Positions 36,325 to 49,400 of a stretch of DNA of 64,000 nucleotides are shown here, in pieces. Source of the DNA: Haplodiscus bocki (Eukaryota); NCBI GenBank assembly GCA_965655095.1, contig OZ296654.1:39928001-39992000 (forward strand), in the 5' to 3' direction. The notes beneath the pieces were generated by a model. That model was not told the DNA's origin. It saw only the letters and a list, made by a program, of their open reading frames with translations, and did not search any database. How positions within the stretch are numbered: position 1 is the first letter of the stretch; each line of letters opens with the position of its first letter. The position numbers and the translations under genes were made by a program.

Positions 36325-38830
36325 TAGTAGTAGTAAAAGTAGTAGTAGTAGTAGTAGTAGTAGTCATGGATTTATGGATTTACCCACTGGTTTCAAAAAC
36401 TTCGGATTTGTCTATCCTGTCAGTTTCAAGCCATCGGATTTTTCAGGTTTTTTTTATTCCGTTGCAGTTTCCACAGGAGGATATCAGTTGCATTGTACAG
36501 CGATCCTCTGCACTTTTATAGTTTTCCACCATTTTCCAGTACAGATTATTGACACTCTTCCTACTCCATAAACGAGGCTCTTTTTCTAGAACTTTTCTGA
36601 GATTAGTCAGTCTTTCCATTCTAACGTAGAAGTTTTCTATGGTTTTTTGTAGTCTGGTCTTTGGCTGCAAAACTTCTCGAGTTCCTAGTCGTTCTTATCA
36701 GTCAGATATACCATGCCACAGTCGTATTTCCGTTTTAGGAACGATACAAATTACAGTATGTTGAACCAATTAAGGTAATGAGAAATCGGTAGCAGTTAGA
36801 GGTTTTTCAGTCTCTTTTTTACAAGTCTTCTTGTTGCCCATTATTCAATTAGTAGCCTTTTTTTTGAACAAGCTCGAGCTATCTTTGCAGTGTTCTGCTT
36901 GGTGCCTAAGGCTGGGAGCCGTACACAAGGGTTGGAACAACGTAGCCAACATATGCATTTAGGCTTGTAATGATTGTGCACGTGTTCGAAAGATTTCTCT
37001 TTATTTGATGGAGGGCTTTTGTAGCTTTCTTCGTTCTTTGTTTGCAGTTATCCTTTCCGGGCAGGCTGCTAACAACAATCGAGCCGAGATCTTTCTGGGT
37101 TTGTTGACATGCTACCACTTCTTTTTTGATGCAGGCTCGCAGGTGGCCCTTGGTGTTCAACAAGTTGCTTTCACGAATATTCAGAGCCATGTTGTTTTCG
37201 TCTCAACAGCTTTCGATGCCATTCACACATTTGTCTACGTGTTGCTTCGAGCTGGCTGTTTTATTGAAGTCAACTGCAATGTCAAAACTATTGCACATTT
37301 GAAGTCTTTCTGGAAAGTCATTCACAAAGACCAAGAACGTTAGAGGGCTTAGAATGGAGCCCTGGGTAATTCCATTTGTGACATTGTTCAGTTAAGATTT
37401 ATGGCCAGAGATAGTGACCATTTTTATCCGGTTCCATGGGTAAGACGAAAGAAATTCCAGCATCTTTCCTCTAATCACTGAATTCTCCATATTTCGGATC
37501 AATCGGTCCTGTTGTACAATGTCGAATGCTTTGGCAAGGTCTAGGTACAGCACACTAGTTTCCGTGACAACGGGTCTTCACGCTTCCTATAAAGGACGTC
37601 GATGGGAACTATCAGTTTTAGAGTTGCAGATCTAGTTGTCTTTTTTGGTTGCAGTTTTCCTTCTAGAAAGCAATGGAGGGGCTCGGAGATCACCTTTTCA
37701 AACCTTTTGGAAACGTTACATAGTAGGCTGATTGTTCTGTAGTTTTCGATATCCTTCGGTCGCCATCCTTATATACAAGGGGTCACGTTTGGTTTTTTAG
37801 GAAGATCAGCGTACAGTCCTTCATTGATCAGAGTTTGTAAGAGCAGTTTCAGGGACTTAGGTGGGGTGCCACTGCAGCTCTTGAGTATCGTGTTGCCGAT
37901 TCCATCTGGCCCGGTCGCCTTGTTTTCCTCAAGTTTTGACAGTCTGAGGGCGACATCCTTTTCTGTTGTTTCCAGAAAGTTCAGCTCATTCTTGTTGGGT
38001 ATTTGTACTGGTTGTTCGTTGTACGCGCATTTGTTAGAAAGACTTGAGAAGAATGTGTTAAAGGCATTGGTTTCTCCCCTCGCTCGTAATCATAACCTCC
38101 TTGTGACGCATGGTCACGGTGAAGGAAGCCTTGCTTTTTTTGGTTGCTTGGTCCTTCTGTATTATACTGAAATGTCGTTCTGGAACACGTCCGATTGGGA
38201 GTCGCGAAGGTCTTGGTCCATCTGAATTTGGAGCTTGTGCTCCATTTTCTTTATCTTCAGTTCTTGAGACAAACTGAAATTTTTCTTTCTCTTCAGTGTG
38301 TTGATATTCATCATCAGGTGTGGAGAACCTCTGAAGTCCGTGGTTGCAGGGTTGCACGGTGTTTGGTTACTTTCGGCATGCGAGGTTTTGGTTTTCTGCC
38401 AGAACCATTCATAGCATTGATCGAACAAAAAATTCACATTGCTTCAGCAGATAGGATTGAAACTCTTCTCAGGTTTGTTGGCATTCATTGCTTCCCAGTT
38501 CGCTTTGTTCAAAGAGAACTTGTGACATTGGTCTTCAAAACTTCCCTTGGTAATGAAGCACAGGACTTTGGATGTGTATGCGAGATGGTCCGAACACTCT
38601 TGATTCGCACTCTAAGTGACAGCCATCTCATTGTCTTCGTTAGCTGTAATTTTATCTTGCTGGGCGTCGGTGAGAAACAAACGCAGTGTCTTGCTCTCTG
38701 GGAGGAAGTTCATGCAGCTCTTTTCCACCAGGATTTCCAATGTAGGCATCTAATTGGACTTCGCTTCGTCCGCTTGAAAAACTAGCAGAAGTGGATACAA
38801 ATTAAGTCTCCAAGATTTAATTCGTTAAAG
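36325..38830 (-). mobile_element. 5'-truncated, degraded CR1/L2-group LINE with (ACT)n tail
   Basis: Minus strand reads KATGPDGIGN, YLDLAKAFD, GITQGSILSP, QKDLG, NAYVGYVVPTLVYGS. It continues into 36835-36365 (CTMQLISSCGNC) and then (ACT)n. Confidence 0.85.
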
Positions 38831-40504
38831 GATGCTGCCAAGAGATACAATATATATTGGAAAGGTCTTCTTCAATGTTGGTTTATGATTGTGCTCATTG
38901 ATCTACAAAAAACTCTGGGAAATGAAATCTACGTTACAAAATTTTCCTTATGGTTTGGTTGTCCAAAAAAGCATCTGATCAATAGAGACTAGACAGCCCT
39001 TTGATCAGAAAGGTATGTGTAGGGAAAATTCTTCAAATAAGCTTTTCCTCTTCAAAGGTTTATAACCAAATCATCATTTTAAACAGAAGTACCGCAGAAA
39101 GCATTTATTTGGACTTTTCAACTTTTATTTATTGCATGCTCACTTAATTGCTTCCACACGAAACGCTGGCAAATCTATAAACAATGTACTCATGGATGAT
39201 GAAGGTCTTTTTGTGTCTGCTTGATAAACCGCCCCCCAATGGAGTGATGGCTCTGCAATTTTGTTTGATAACGTATCAATTAGCAAATTTTCTGAAAAAA
39301 TCATTTAGCTTCCAATTACTTCTTTAATAATGAATTTTTTCCAAAGATTTTTGCCACATATTTTATCTGACCAAAAATTTTGCAAGGGCTTGACTCGTTT
39401 TGACAATTATCTCTACTTCGTTCTTCACCAATTTTTGGCAAAAGTTTTCTCCAATATTCATCTTTAACGTTTAATTGCTTCGAATAAATGAAAATGGTTC
39501 GTTGGAAATGTGTTGCAGACCCCCAGCTAAAGATGTCATTCAACTGAGTTGGCTTGAGTGTGTTTCTTCAGCGATGGTTTCGATGGAATCGATATTCTAA
39601 ACATTCGTTAACTAGAGTAATCTGCGGATCTTGATACCAAAAATTTCTCGAAGGGTTCTGTTACTGCAAACCAATTCATAATAGTTTTATATACTTCAAT
39701 AATAAATCGGCTTTTCCGAAGAATTGAGAAAACTTGCCTAACACAATTCGAACTGGCTGATATCTGTCACATTATGTCGTGAAAGTTCTTCCTGATAACG
39801 TTACATCATTGAAAGCATCATCTGGAAATTTTTTCGACAGTTTTGGCAATACTTAGCTGAAAGAGTATCCATGTCTTTTTTCTAACATATCGGTTTCTGT
39901 TTCGCTTATATATTATACAAAGTATAGCTCACCCTTTTATTTGGAAAACGGCGATGAATTGTCCATTCGGTTAAGATCGTGATAAAACCCAAGTTTGTTA
40001 TCATTAACCGATTTGCATCAAGCCGAACGTTTTGATTGTTTGTGAGAACCTTCTCGCATTTTATCTTTTTCAAATACAGAGTCAAATCTCGCCCCATCTA
40101 ATTCGAAAAATCAAGAGCGCAATTCTCCAATTGGTTGAATTGTTTGGAAATAAGAAAGGACTCATTAGTCTGACTTGATTGTAAACTATACATCTTGCTT
40201 ACGAGAAAGTGTTTGACAAAAATCCCTTCTCGGCACTTATGCCTCAGTTGGTCCGGCTTGGTGTCCGGCAAAACGCACTTGCTGGAATGTAGTGTCGGTT
40301 AGACGTACCCTGTCTTGTGCAATTTAAATCCTGAGTAGTGTCCCATAGCCATCACTAGTGGGACATGTCCTGATGCTGCCTGTGCTTTTAAACAAGCCCG
40401 ACTTCTAGTGTGAAGTTCTCATTTTTTGATTCCGCTTGCGGTCACGGAATTGATGCTCCAGCAGTAGCATCAAATGTGTGTTCCGCATAATCGAAAACTT
40501 ATGC

Positions 40505-40575
40505 ATCTTACATGGCGGACTGGATGGGAAAAAAGTCTCCAACCCAGAGTTCCCGTTCGAACCCGGGCGAAGGCT
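40505..40575 (+). other. Degenerate Pol III A/B-box (tRNA-derived SINE head?)
   Basis: TGGCGGACTGG (40513) and GTTCGAACC (40555) at tRNA-like spacing. No full cloverleaf. Confidence 0.3.
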
Positions 40576-42534
40576 GTAATTTTTACATTTACTGGGGCGC
40601 GCTGGATACGATCAAAGGTTCCGAAGCCAATGACCGCGAGTTTTTTGAATCTGGTGAAGGTTGTATTTTCTAAATTTCATATGGCCATGTGAGTAGGACA
40701 GACTGGTTTCGAATCCTCAGGTCGTGGGCCTGAGCCCAAGTACAGGTTATATATTTTCACGTTTCGTACCTGAAATGTACGAAAAACTCATTTAATTTGA
40801 AAAAAAACTGCAACCAGTGGGCGAATTTTTTTTTTCGTGACTCTCCTTATGAAATCTACCGAATCAACTGGAAGTGGGCTTGAATCTTAGCCAAGTGTTC
40901 TTACGTTTAATTCTAAAACTACCAAAAAGCTGACTTTCCAAATATCAGAATCAACTCCAACCTGTTCGTACTTGTTTTGAGAAATACGAGCGGCGACACC
41001 GTAGGCCGCTCCCGACGTGTTTTTATTTGTTAGTGGTTTTCCTGCTTTTTTCACATTCATTTCAATGGTTGTTGGCAGATGTTGTGAAATCTATTTCTCT
41101 GTCTCTGAACTTTCAAAAGAATTCGGCTTGTCTTCAGTTTTGGAACATTCTAAATGGATTGTTGGTAAACAGTTTTGAAACGAAGTGTATGACCTACCAT
41201 GATGCTGTCGGTAGGTACACCATTTGGTGATGAACCATATAGAGTGCTTACCACGACGAGCTTATTTTTTCGTAGCTCAAACTTCAATTGAAATAACCAT
41301 CTGCATTAGAGATTACAAAACATTTCGCCTTGTTTTCACCCTTCAAAAATACTACCCTCGAGGATTCAAAGTCTCAAATTAATAACAATATAATGCCGCA
41401 AAGTTCTGTCGGTTTTATTTTCTGAGCCTCACTCTGGTCTGATTGGCCGATTTTAACAAGCTAAAATAGCTGAAAATGTTTAAAATGAAATGAAGAACCA
41501 TGGGCTCATATTATCTGATGAAATGTTTCAGAAAAAAATTTCCTATGAGCTCACTGATCGAATATTGCGCTAGCTGTCTTTAACTTGACTTACTCGATAA
41601 CAAAAAAGGTAGAAGGAGGGCGGAATATGATCGGGAGAAATCTCAGAAAAAATGCCAATTTATGGCATGCTTAGTAGCACAGTTCTGGAATCAGACCTGT
41701 CATGGACACCAATATTCAACTTTCGGTGAAACCAAAATGGGCGTTCAAAATTGTGGCAAAAAGTTTTACTAGATGTCAATCATACATTGTACTTTTTGAC
41801 TCTTTAATTTTTTTGTTCAATGCCTTCATGACATCCAATTCACAAGTGTATGAGGCTCTGTTTCTCGCCATAAATCAGATTTTTGGTTTGCAATAACAAC
41901 GAATGCTTTTGACGTTTTGGCATATGGTTTTTCATGTTTGTCTCAATATGTGTCATGCTGATGACTTCGTATTATTCTTGGACTATTTTTTCCCGCTCGT
42001 ATCTATAGAGTGGAAGGAAAATAATCCTGTCAACGCATAGCGTTCTCTTCATCGTTTACTTGCCAATTGAAAATGTTGGAATATTCTGAATTTGAAATTT
42101 TTTAAACACCAAATTATGGCAAATTTGCAGTAGAAGACGACTAAAATAATATTTCTCAAATACGTACGAGATTTGTGCTTTTTTGAAAAAAGTTGTATTC
42201 AATTTTTTTCAAAAAAATCGGTAAAATCGGCAAATTTGCTGTAAAATGCGTGTCAAATGATATGAATTCTTGAAAGTGTCTCCTCCAACTTAATTTTGAA
42301 GTTTTTTTGCAGAAATTCAGAAAATTTTTGATTTTGAAAATTTGATTAGTATTTGTTTTAAAAAAACAACGTATTCATCCTTTCAAAAAAATCGCTTACA
42401 AAATTGGTCGGTGGGAAATATGCCGGTGGTAGCCGGCCGTCTTGTGTTCAACCTTTTGAATTGAATTCCTTGCCCCAGTACAATTTTGTGAGATGATTGA
42501 TTTTCGCCTTTATTTTTTGAGAGGTTTAAGGTCT

Positions 42535-42712
42535 CAGATTTTTATTACAGATGTTATTCCCTCAAATCTTTATTTAACTCTTATTGCCTTTGATTTTATT
42601 CTCGAATTGATTTCTTTAGATTTTTTTCCATTAGATCTTATTCCATTAGATTTTATTACGGTTCCATTTCAAAGTTGCCTATTAAATTTTATTGCATTAG
42701 ATCTTATTCCTG
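42535..42712. repeat. Degenerate 15-bp minisatellite
   Basis: Units like ttagatcttattcca. Confidence 0.6.
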
Positions 42713-43428
42713 CCTCCCAACAATTGTATCAGTAATTGATTACAATATGTTTTTCCAATAGAGTGAACAAAGTCGTCTGAAAATCGAGTGGAATCCCCTT
42801 AAAGTTATTTACCGCTATCCTTCCAATCACGATATGTCGTTCTTTCTGCGAGCGGTCAACTCCCTCAAATATCTACCTCGACATAGCATCATTGAAATGA
42901 GAGGTTCAAGAAATAAATCAAAAAGTTCCTTTTTGACTAAATTGTTCAATGTTGATCTGAGGTGTCCAGATTTCAATTCTTTATTGGAATGAGTTGTTTT
43001 GGGTCTCTATATAAAAATTAAGTATATACTCTCTTTATCCTCCCTCTCTCTATCTATAATTATCGCAACCAAGACCTGAGTTGGCTTCAGAAGCGTGGCT
43101 ATGTTTGTTTTTTTGGGACTTTCAGCACTAGAAAGAATTTGCAGCTTCTTTTCAGATTTTCGATGTGAATGTTTCTTCGAAGGTGTGGAAAACCGAAGCA
43201 CTCAGGTTTTGTTGTTGTTGTGGATTTTCGGTTGCCCGAAAAGATTTCATTCCCTTTGTGGCCAATCAAACGATCGATTGGGTGGTTCAAAATTATTCGA
43301 TTCGGGAACAGTTTTCAAGAATTCACGCAATGACTGCTGAAGTTATGAACTAATTCAGCCAATTTATTTTTGCAACTTTTCACGTCGTTCCAAAATCAAA
43401 TTGACAAGAACAAACAATTTTCTCAAAA

Positions 43429-44733
43429 ATGTTGGACGTACGTGAATGCCATCCTTTGGTCGAATGGTTCTGCAGCAGCAGTGCTTCTCCTTGGAATCTC
43501 AGGGTAGCATCGTCTTCGTGTGCTCCAATTTTCTCGGAATCATTACATGCTTGGCCAACATGTTCTGTTACTTTTTACTTGTTTTTGCCCATTTCTATTT
43601 TCTTTGCCTTATCTTTAATTTGTAGAACGTGTGTTTCAAATAGTGTAGTTAGATTATCGAAAAGATGGTTTTTGATTTATAATTTTGCGTTAATCGGATG
43701 CTGTGCCTCCGCCTTGAGCGCTTTAGCTTTTTTCGCTATTTCGGTTTGGCTCCAGGTGAATAGAAGTTCTATCGTTTACTTCTCAGTCTTGTCAGTCTTA
43801 TTTCTGTTGCTTATGATGAAAATACATTCTTGCAGGCTACAAATTCAAACTTCAGCTCAGTTGTGTGCCGAAATTTGCCATTTCATTATTCTTTCACTTC
43901 TGCTATGTACCCAAACTATCATGGTCATCAAAGCTAGTTCACAGACAGATGCCAAAGTTATGCTTGTCGTTATGTTGGTTCTCAGTTATTTCATTTTTGT
44001 TATGTTGCTTGGATGCTTCTTCGCCCAAATTGTTATCATTTTTCGTCGGAAAAGCTTCATGTCGACCAGAAACAAATTATACACAGGGGATGGTTCAAGT
44101 TTGGGGTATGCAGAAAATGATGTCGGCATCTTCACATACTTGAGCATTGGATGGGTCGCGCCCCTGTTGAATCGAGGATGGTACGGGTATTTAACTTCCG
44201 TGCACGATACTTTCCATCTTCCCAGAAATATTGATATTCCCAAATGTGCTGATATTCTGGAAGAATCATTGCGCAACGAACTGACAGGATCTATAGAAAT
44301 GAATGAAAATAAGGAGGATGCGTCTGCAAAAAACGCAGTTGAGGGCACCCAAAATGAAAATTATGATAGCAACGAAGAAATTGTACTGGTGGACAGAAGC
44401 AACTGCAGAACTGGAAACAAAAAAGATCGTCACAGTTTTTCAGTTTTTGGTGTGTTCTCAAGAGTCTACGGCTGGTCTCTGCTACCTTTGCTATTTCTGA
44501 GAGTTTGTTCTGATGCATGTAACTTAGCAACCCCGCTTTTGTTGAACAAATTCATCTCCTTTTTGTCTCAAGAGGATGCGTCAATATATTTCGGGTCCAT
44601 TTTTGGGATCGGAATGGTATTACTGACTCTAGTTGGCGTCGTTATGGATCAAATGTACGAATATCAGAGCTGGAAATTAATGGTGAAAATCAAGGCAGCT
44701 TTTATGGTGACAATATACCGGAAAATTTTTCAG
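43429..44733 (+). CDS. ABCC10: ABCC10/MRP7-like ABC transporter, coding exon 1 (TMD0, L0 linker, start of TMD1)
   Basis: Multiple TM helices, AENDVGIFTYLSIGWVAPLLNRG..DTFHLP, PLLLNKFISFL, KIKAAFMVTIYRKIF. Phase-0 donor CAG|GTACAA at 44733/44734. Confidence 0.8.
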
Positions 44734-45644
44734 GTACAAAAAATGAAAGTCACTATGCTCTGCACACTTGATTGCAGTTATTAAATCTTAAAATTTTTTC
44801 CGATCCGTTCACAAGTGATACACGTTTCGTGATTTGACCAATGAAAGTGGAGTGGCTTAGGCACGAACCAGGAACCATTCGCGCTGCAGTCGCATGCTCT
44901 ACCTGATTGCCATTGTCGCTTCAGAAAAATTGTTTATTTTCAGAAAATCACGCCAATGAAATATTATAGCGTTTCTTACTTGTAAATCAATGTGCAAGAA
45001 TTAACTGAGTTTCTCTAAACTTGTTATCTGTAGTATTAGTAGTATCGTGATCCCTTTAGAAGTCAGTTATATTTAGTCGATTTGTTCATTAGTATTCCGT
45101 TGGCGCAAGTGTTGTGAAGCACAGCTTCGCCTCTGTGTAAAATTTTTTGAAACGAATTCTGAAAAAAATGCTCGTGCTGTCAACTTTGCTATGTTTTAGC
45201 GTGTTCGCATATTTTGTGCCCAATGAGTGCTTCGGAGCACATGGCATCCGGAAAAGTGTTTTTGCTTTCAATTTCAAAAAGTTGTGTGATTTTTTTTCGA
45301 AAAAAAAACAGCCAAGTTTCGAAGAGCAAAATCATGAGAACTCATGGTCGCCAATGTCAAGAAACCGTACCGCAAAAAAAGTATACAATAAAATTATTAT
45401 TTTTTACATTGTAAACAATCGTTTTTTTCGTGGCTGAAATCAAAGACTACTTGGGCGCAGTTGAGAAGAAATATGGTACATTAATCGCTTTTCGTATTCC
45501 GGATACTGAAGAAAATGAAGGTTAAATAAATACCTAAGTGCGTTTCAAGATTCGAAAGGAATGTTGGGATGAGCTGGTATGAAAAACAGACATCAAGTAA
45601 TTTGAATATTCACAGTTTATATTATATTCCATTGTGTCTCCCAG

Positions 45645-46003
45645 GTAAACCACTGCAGCATTTTGAAGTTTTCGACGGGCGAAATCCTCAATTACATGGA
45701 CAAAGATGCAGAAAACATCGGATGGCTCACTTTCTGTCTTCCTCTCGTCATCTCAATGCCTCTCAACATCTTTCTCGTTCTCTTTCTTCTTTATTGGCAT
45801 ATCGGACTCTCTTTTCTAGCTGGAATGATTATCTGTATTTTGTGCATACCAATCAACCAGATTTTAGTTGCGAGAATTTTCGATCTGAGCCAGAAGTATT
45901 CGAAATGCAGAGACGAGAGAGTGAATATGGTCACTGAAATTCTCAAAGGAATCCGAACTGTCAAACTTGGGGCATTGGAACGGTTCTTCATCAGCAAGGT
46001 TCA
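45645..46003 (+). CDS. ABCC10: ABCC10-like coding exon 2 (copy 1)
   Basis: Acceptor ctcccAG in phase with exon 1. FSTGEILNYMDKD...LYWHIGLSFLAG..IPINQ..RDERVNMVTEILKGIRTVK. Donor uncertain (after 45998 or 46003). Confidence 0.75.
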
Positions 46004-46130
46004 GTGATGTACATTTTGTTTTTGTCGGCGTCTGATAAAATAACACCCTAATTTTAGCTTAAACGAACTGAAGGTCCAGTTTTAGCGATTTAAAACCTAA
46101 ATGAATGCAAAATAGACTTGAAATTCTTCT

Positions 46131-46203
46131 GTCAAGGTAGACTAAACGGCAGAACGAAGGGGTTCCAAATCTGCAGGTTGCGGGTTCGAAGCCCAGCATT
46201 GAC
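46131..46203 (+). other. tRNA-like sequence (CCA in anticodon position; pseudo-tRNA or SINE head); copies at 50715, 56050, 60638
   Basis: 73 nt with a GTCAAGG/CATTGAC acceptor-like stem, GGGTTCGAAGCCC T-arm, TTCCAAA loop and downstream T-run. D and anticodon stems are poor. Confidence 0.45.
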
Positions 46204-46489
46204 TAAAAATATTTTTTACACATTCTGACTAAAAGAAAGAATGTATATTGGAAACCGGCTTATGCTTAGTTTTTTATCTTGTCCAAAACTTTCATTTTTT
46301 GACGTTATCAGAGTATAATCATCCAGTGGAAACGATGAAAAATGGATTCTATTTGGCAAGTACTTGTTCATTTTGGCGTTGCTCACTCTGAAAACGTCTT
46401 AAACATGGGCAGCAAAATAGCCTAGCCTAAAAAGATATGATTGGCACATCAAATCAAATTTTTGAGTATGAGACCCTGTTACTGACACT

Positions 46490-49400
46490 AGTAGTAAGGA
46501 AGGGGGGGTTAAATGCATTTTTCGACTCCCAAGCCGAAAATTTTCTAAGTCAAACAGTTCAAAGTACAAAATCAACTCCAACTGAATTGTTGACTATTTT
46601 GACAGTTAGCAATCCAACTGTCAAAATTCTTCTACCATTTAAACTTTCTAAGTTGGTTTCAGTGTAGGGTACCAAAATTGAACAAAACAACAAAAAATGA
46701 TTATTAGCTGTCATTTTGACAGTTTCATTCTGATAACCCGTTTTCTTAACTATTGCGCCGAAAACGAAGAATCTTATAAATTTAATTTCTCAAACGTTTC
46801 AACGGCCAACTTTCAAGAAATCTACTGTTAGGCATATTAACGTTATTGTACTGTTGAAAGCTCAACGTTATTGGAAAAACGTGAACCAGCAGGGTAAAAA
46901 GTCGTGGTCCAGTGAAACTAAAAAACATAAGGAATTTTTTTGTGCGTTTCTCGTTTTTTGCAAAGTTGTTACTTTTCCAAGTGAGACCACGACTTCTTCA
47001 AGTTCTTTCTCCGAGACCTCCCTAAAATGTTTCCATGTGATCAATGTGACAAATTATTGAGCTCAAAACGTGCTCTGAATGATCACAAGCGAAAGAAACA
47101 CAACTGTCAAGAGAATGTTTCTGCGAAAATTTTCAAGTGTGGTCATTGCGAGGTTTCCTTCGCGAAATCTTGCAATTTATTGCGCCATCTGAGGAGCCAA
47201 CGCGAGTCAGGCAGTAGTTATCGTTATTTTTTGTCCCACGTACTTTGGATAGTTGAAATCATTGACTGATCATCAGGAGCAGTATCACAACGATATATCT
47301 TCTTCCACTGCGAAAGTTGATTTCTCCGATTTGCTAGATTTCACAACAGAAGCAGTGAATTCAAAATTTAGAATTCATCGACTAAAATTGGATGACAGTA
47401 GTGTTTTGGAGCCGTTCAACTACCTTATTCTCGTGCGGGAAAAAATTATTTTTGTGATTGCGTTATTGAGAGAAACGTCGAAGTTGAAACTTGGGATGAG
47501 CATCGCTGTCAGGCTGGAAAAGCCTATGGAAGGTGAAGCCGTTGAGGCTTTCTTCAATTCGCCAATGTGTAGAATTGCCTGTGAGCTCACTGAAGACGAA
47601 TATATGCAACACATTGACGCATTGATGACACAATTGAATGTGTTCGCCACTGGTGGTTCAGGTTGGGTCGTGGAAACGATGAAACAGCTGGAGATAAAAA
47701 CTGCTGCTTGTCGCAATGTCACTGGGGGCTCTTATATAGAAACACCACCAATCCCCAAACCCTTGAAACGTTCCATTTTGAATGTAGTCAATAAGAGAGA
47801 TATTTTTTGTTTCCTTTATTGTATTGCAGCGGCAATTTTTTCCTTTGTTGGGCGACCTCGTAGTCCGAAGATTCACAAAAAAAATTTTGAACGATTATCT
47901 TTCAACCCGAAGTTATTGCCAATGCCGCTGTCCGCCATTCCTATGTTTGAAAAGCGGACTCGCTGCTCAATCAATGTTTATCAATTGGAGAACTCCAGGC
48001 TTGTGTCAGTGTATCATAGTAAGAACGGAAAAGGAATTTTAAAATTGACCTTCTGCGCTTACTGGAGAACAAAAACAGTCACTATTGTTTGATAAAAATA
48101 TCTCAAATTTGATTCATTTTCTCTGTCGCTCGAAATCGAAGCAAAATAAAGGGCCAAAATCACGATTTTGCCGAAACTGCTTTCAACCAATAGTTAAACC
48201 AAATTTCAAAAAACATGCACTTTTTTGCGAAAGCAACGCCCCACTCGAGATTCGAATGCCTATCGAGTCGCCATCTGTCGAGTTTGCTAACTGGGAAAAA
48301 ACGCAGAAATGTCCTTTTGTTGTATATGCTGATCTCGAAGCAATCAATGTTGCGTCGACACAGATTCCGAGAGTGAAAAGCCGGACAAGAGAAATTGAAC
48401 GACAGTATGAAGCTAGTTTCGGAGCAGTCCTCATTGATTCTAGAAGTTAGTTGTTTTATCAAAATACTAGTTTAATACATCTTTCGTTTAAACGTTTCTG
48501 CCAACTACAGGAGAAAGCACTTTCTTCATGTTCATTTCCTGTTATTGTTTTAGCCAGTGGAATTGCTAAGCAGAGTTGTTACAGAGAAGACTGTATCGCA
48601 AAGTTCTTGGACACGTTGCGTGATTGGGTCTTATGGAGCTATAACGAAAAGCAGGCTTTCAGACTCTTGAGAATATCCCAGCAAAAGCGAATGCGAATGC
48701 TAAACGTTTCTGCTCTTTTGTGTTGTATATGTGGTGAAGACGTTGAAAGAGCAGCAAGAGTCATCCACAATTGTCATCTTTCTGGAACACTTTTTGGGGT
48801 GGCTCATTCAAAATGCATTTTGAGAGCCAAATTTTTTACCTGTCTTTTTCCGTAATCTGTCAAGATACGATGCACATCATATTCTGAAACAGCTAAAGCT
48901 CAAATTATGCGAAGAACTCTCCGCAATTGCCAAAATCGACGAAACTTTCATTTCCTTCAGTGTCAATATGCCTGTGGGTTCATACACGAAGAAATCTGGG
49001 AAAACTGTTAAGCTCTTTCGATCCATGCGCTTCCTTGATAGTTACCAGTTTGTATCCCAAAGTTTGGACAATCTTGCGAAGACACTCAAAACCGGCGACT
49101 TCTTATTACTCAAGGAATTTTTTTTGGAACATTCCGGACCATTTGTTCTGTAAACTAACACAAAAAGGTTTTTTTTCCTGACAGTTTCCTCGACAGTTTC
49201 GCAAAATTGGAAGAGCCTTTACCAGATTTCGGTGACTCTTGGAAAAACAGCCTCACTGGTAAAGTTGATATTACCTCACAAGATTATCAACATGCACTTG
49301 CATTCTACAAAAAATTCGGTTGCGAAAACTTGGGAGACTACCATGAGGTCTATCTAAAAGCTGATGTGCTTCTTTTGGCTGATTTTTTTGAGAAGTTTCG

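Larger units (their letters stand above)
17746..36835. repeat. Six head-to-tail ~1.78-kb units; unit 1 split by an 8.4-kb insertion
   Basis: The marker ATGGATTTATGG recurs at 27466, 29261, 31041, 32809, 34601 and 36366. Length variation is mostly in the (AGT)n tract. Confidence 0.95.

Noticed and set aside
37824-38785. Plus-strand ORFs of 133 and 196 aa
   Set aside because: Antisense to the degraded minus-strand LINE ORF2.
39200-39750. Possible OTU-like protease remnant on the minus strand (WG..FQRTIFIYS)
   Set aside because: No catalytic Cys motif found; too fragmentary.
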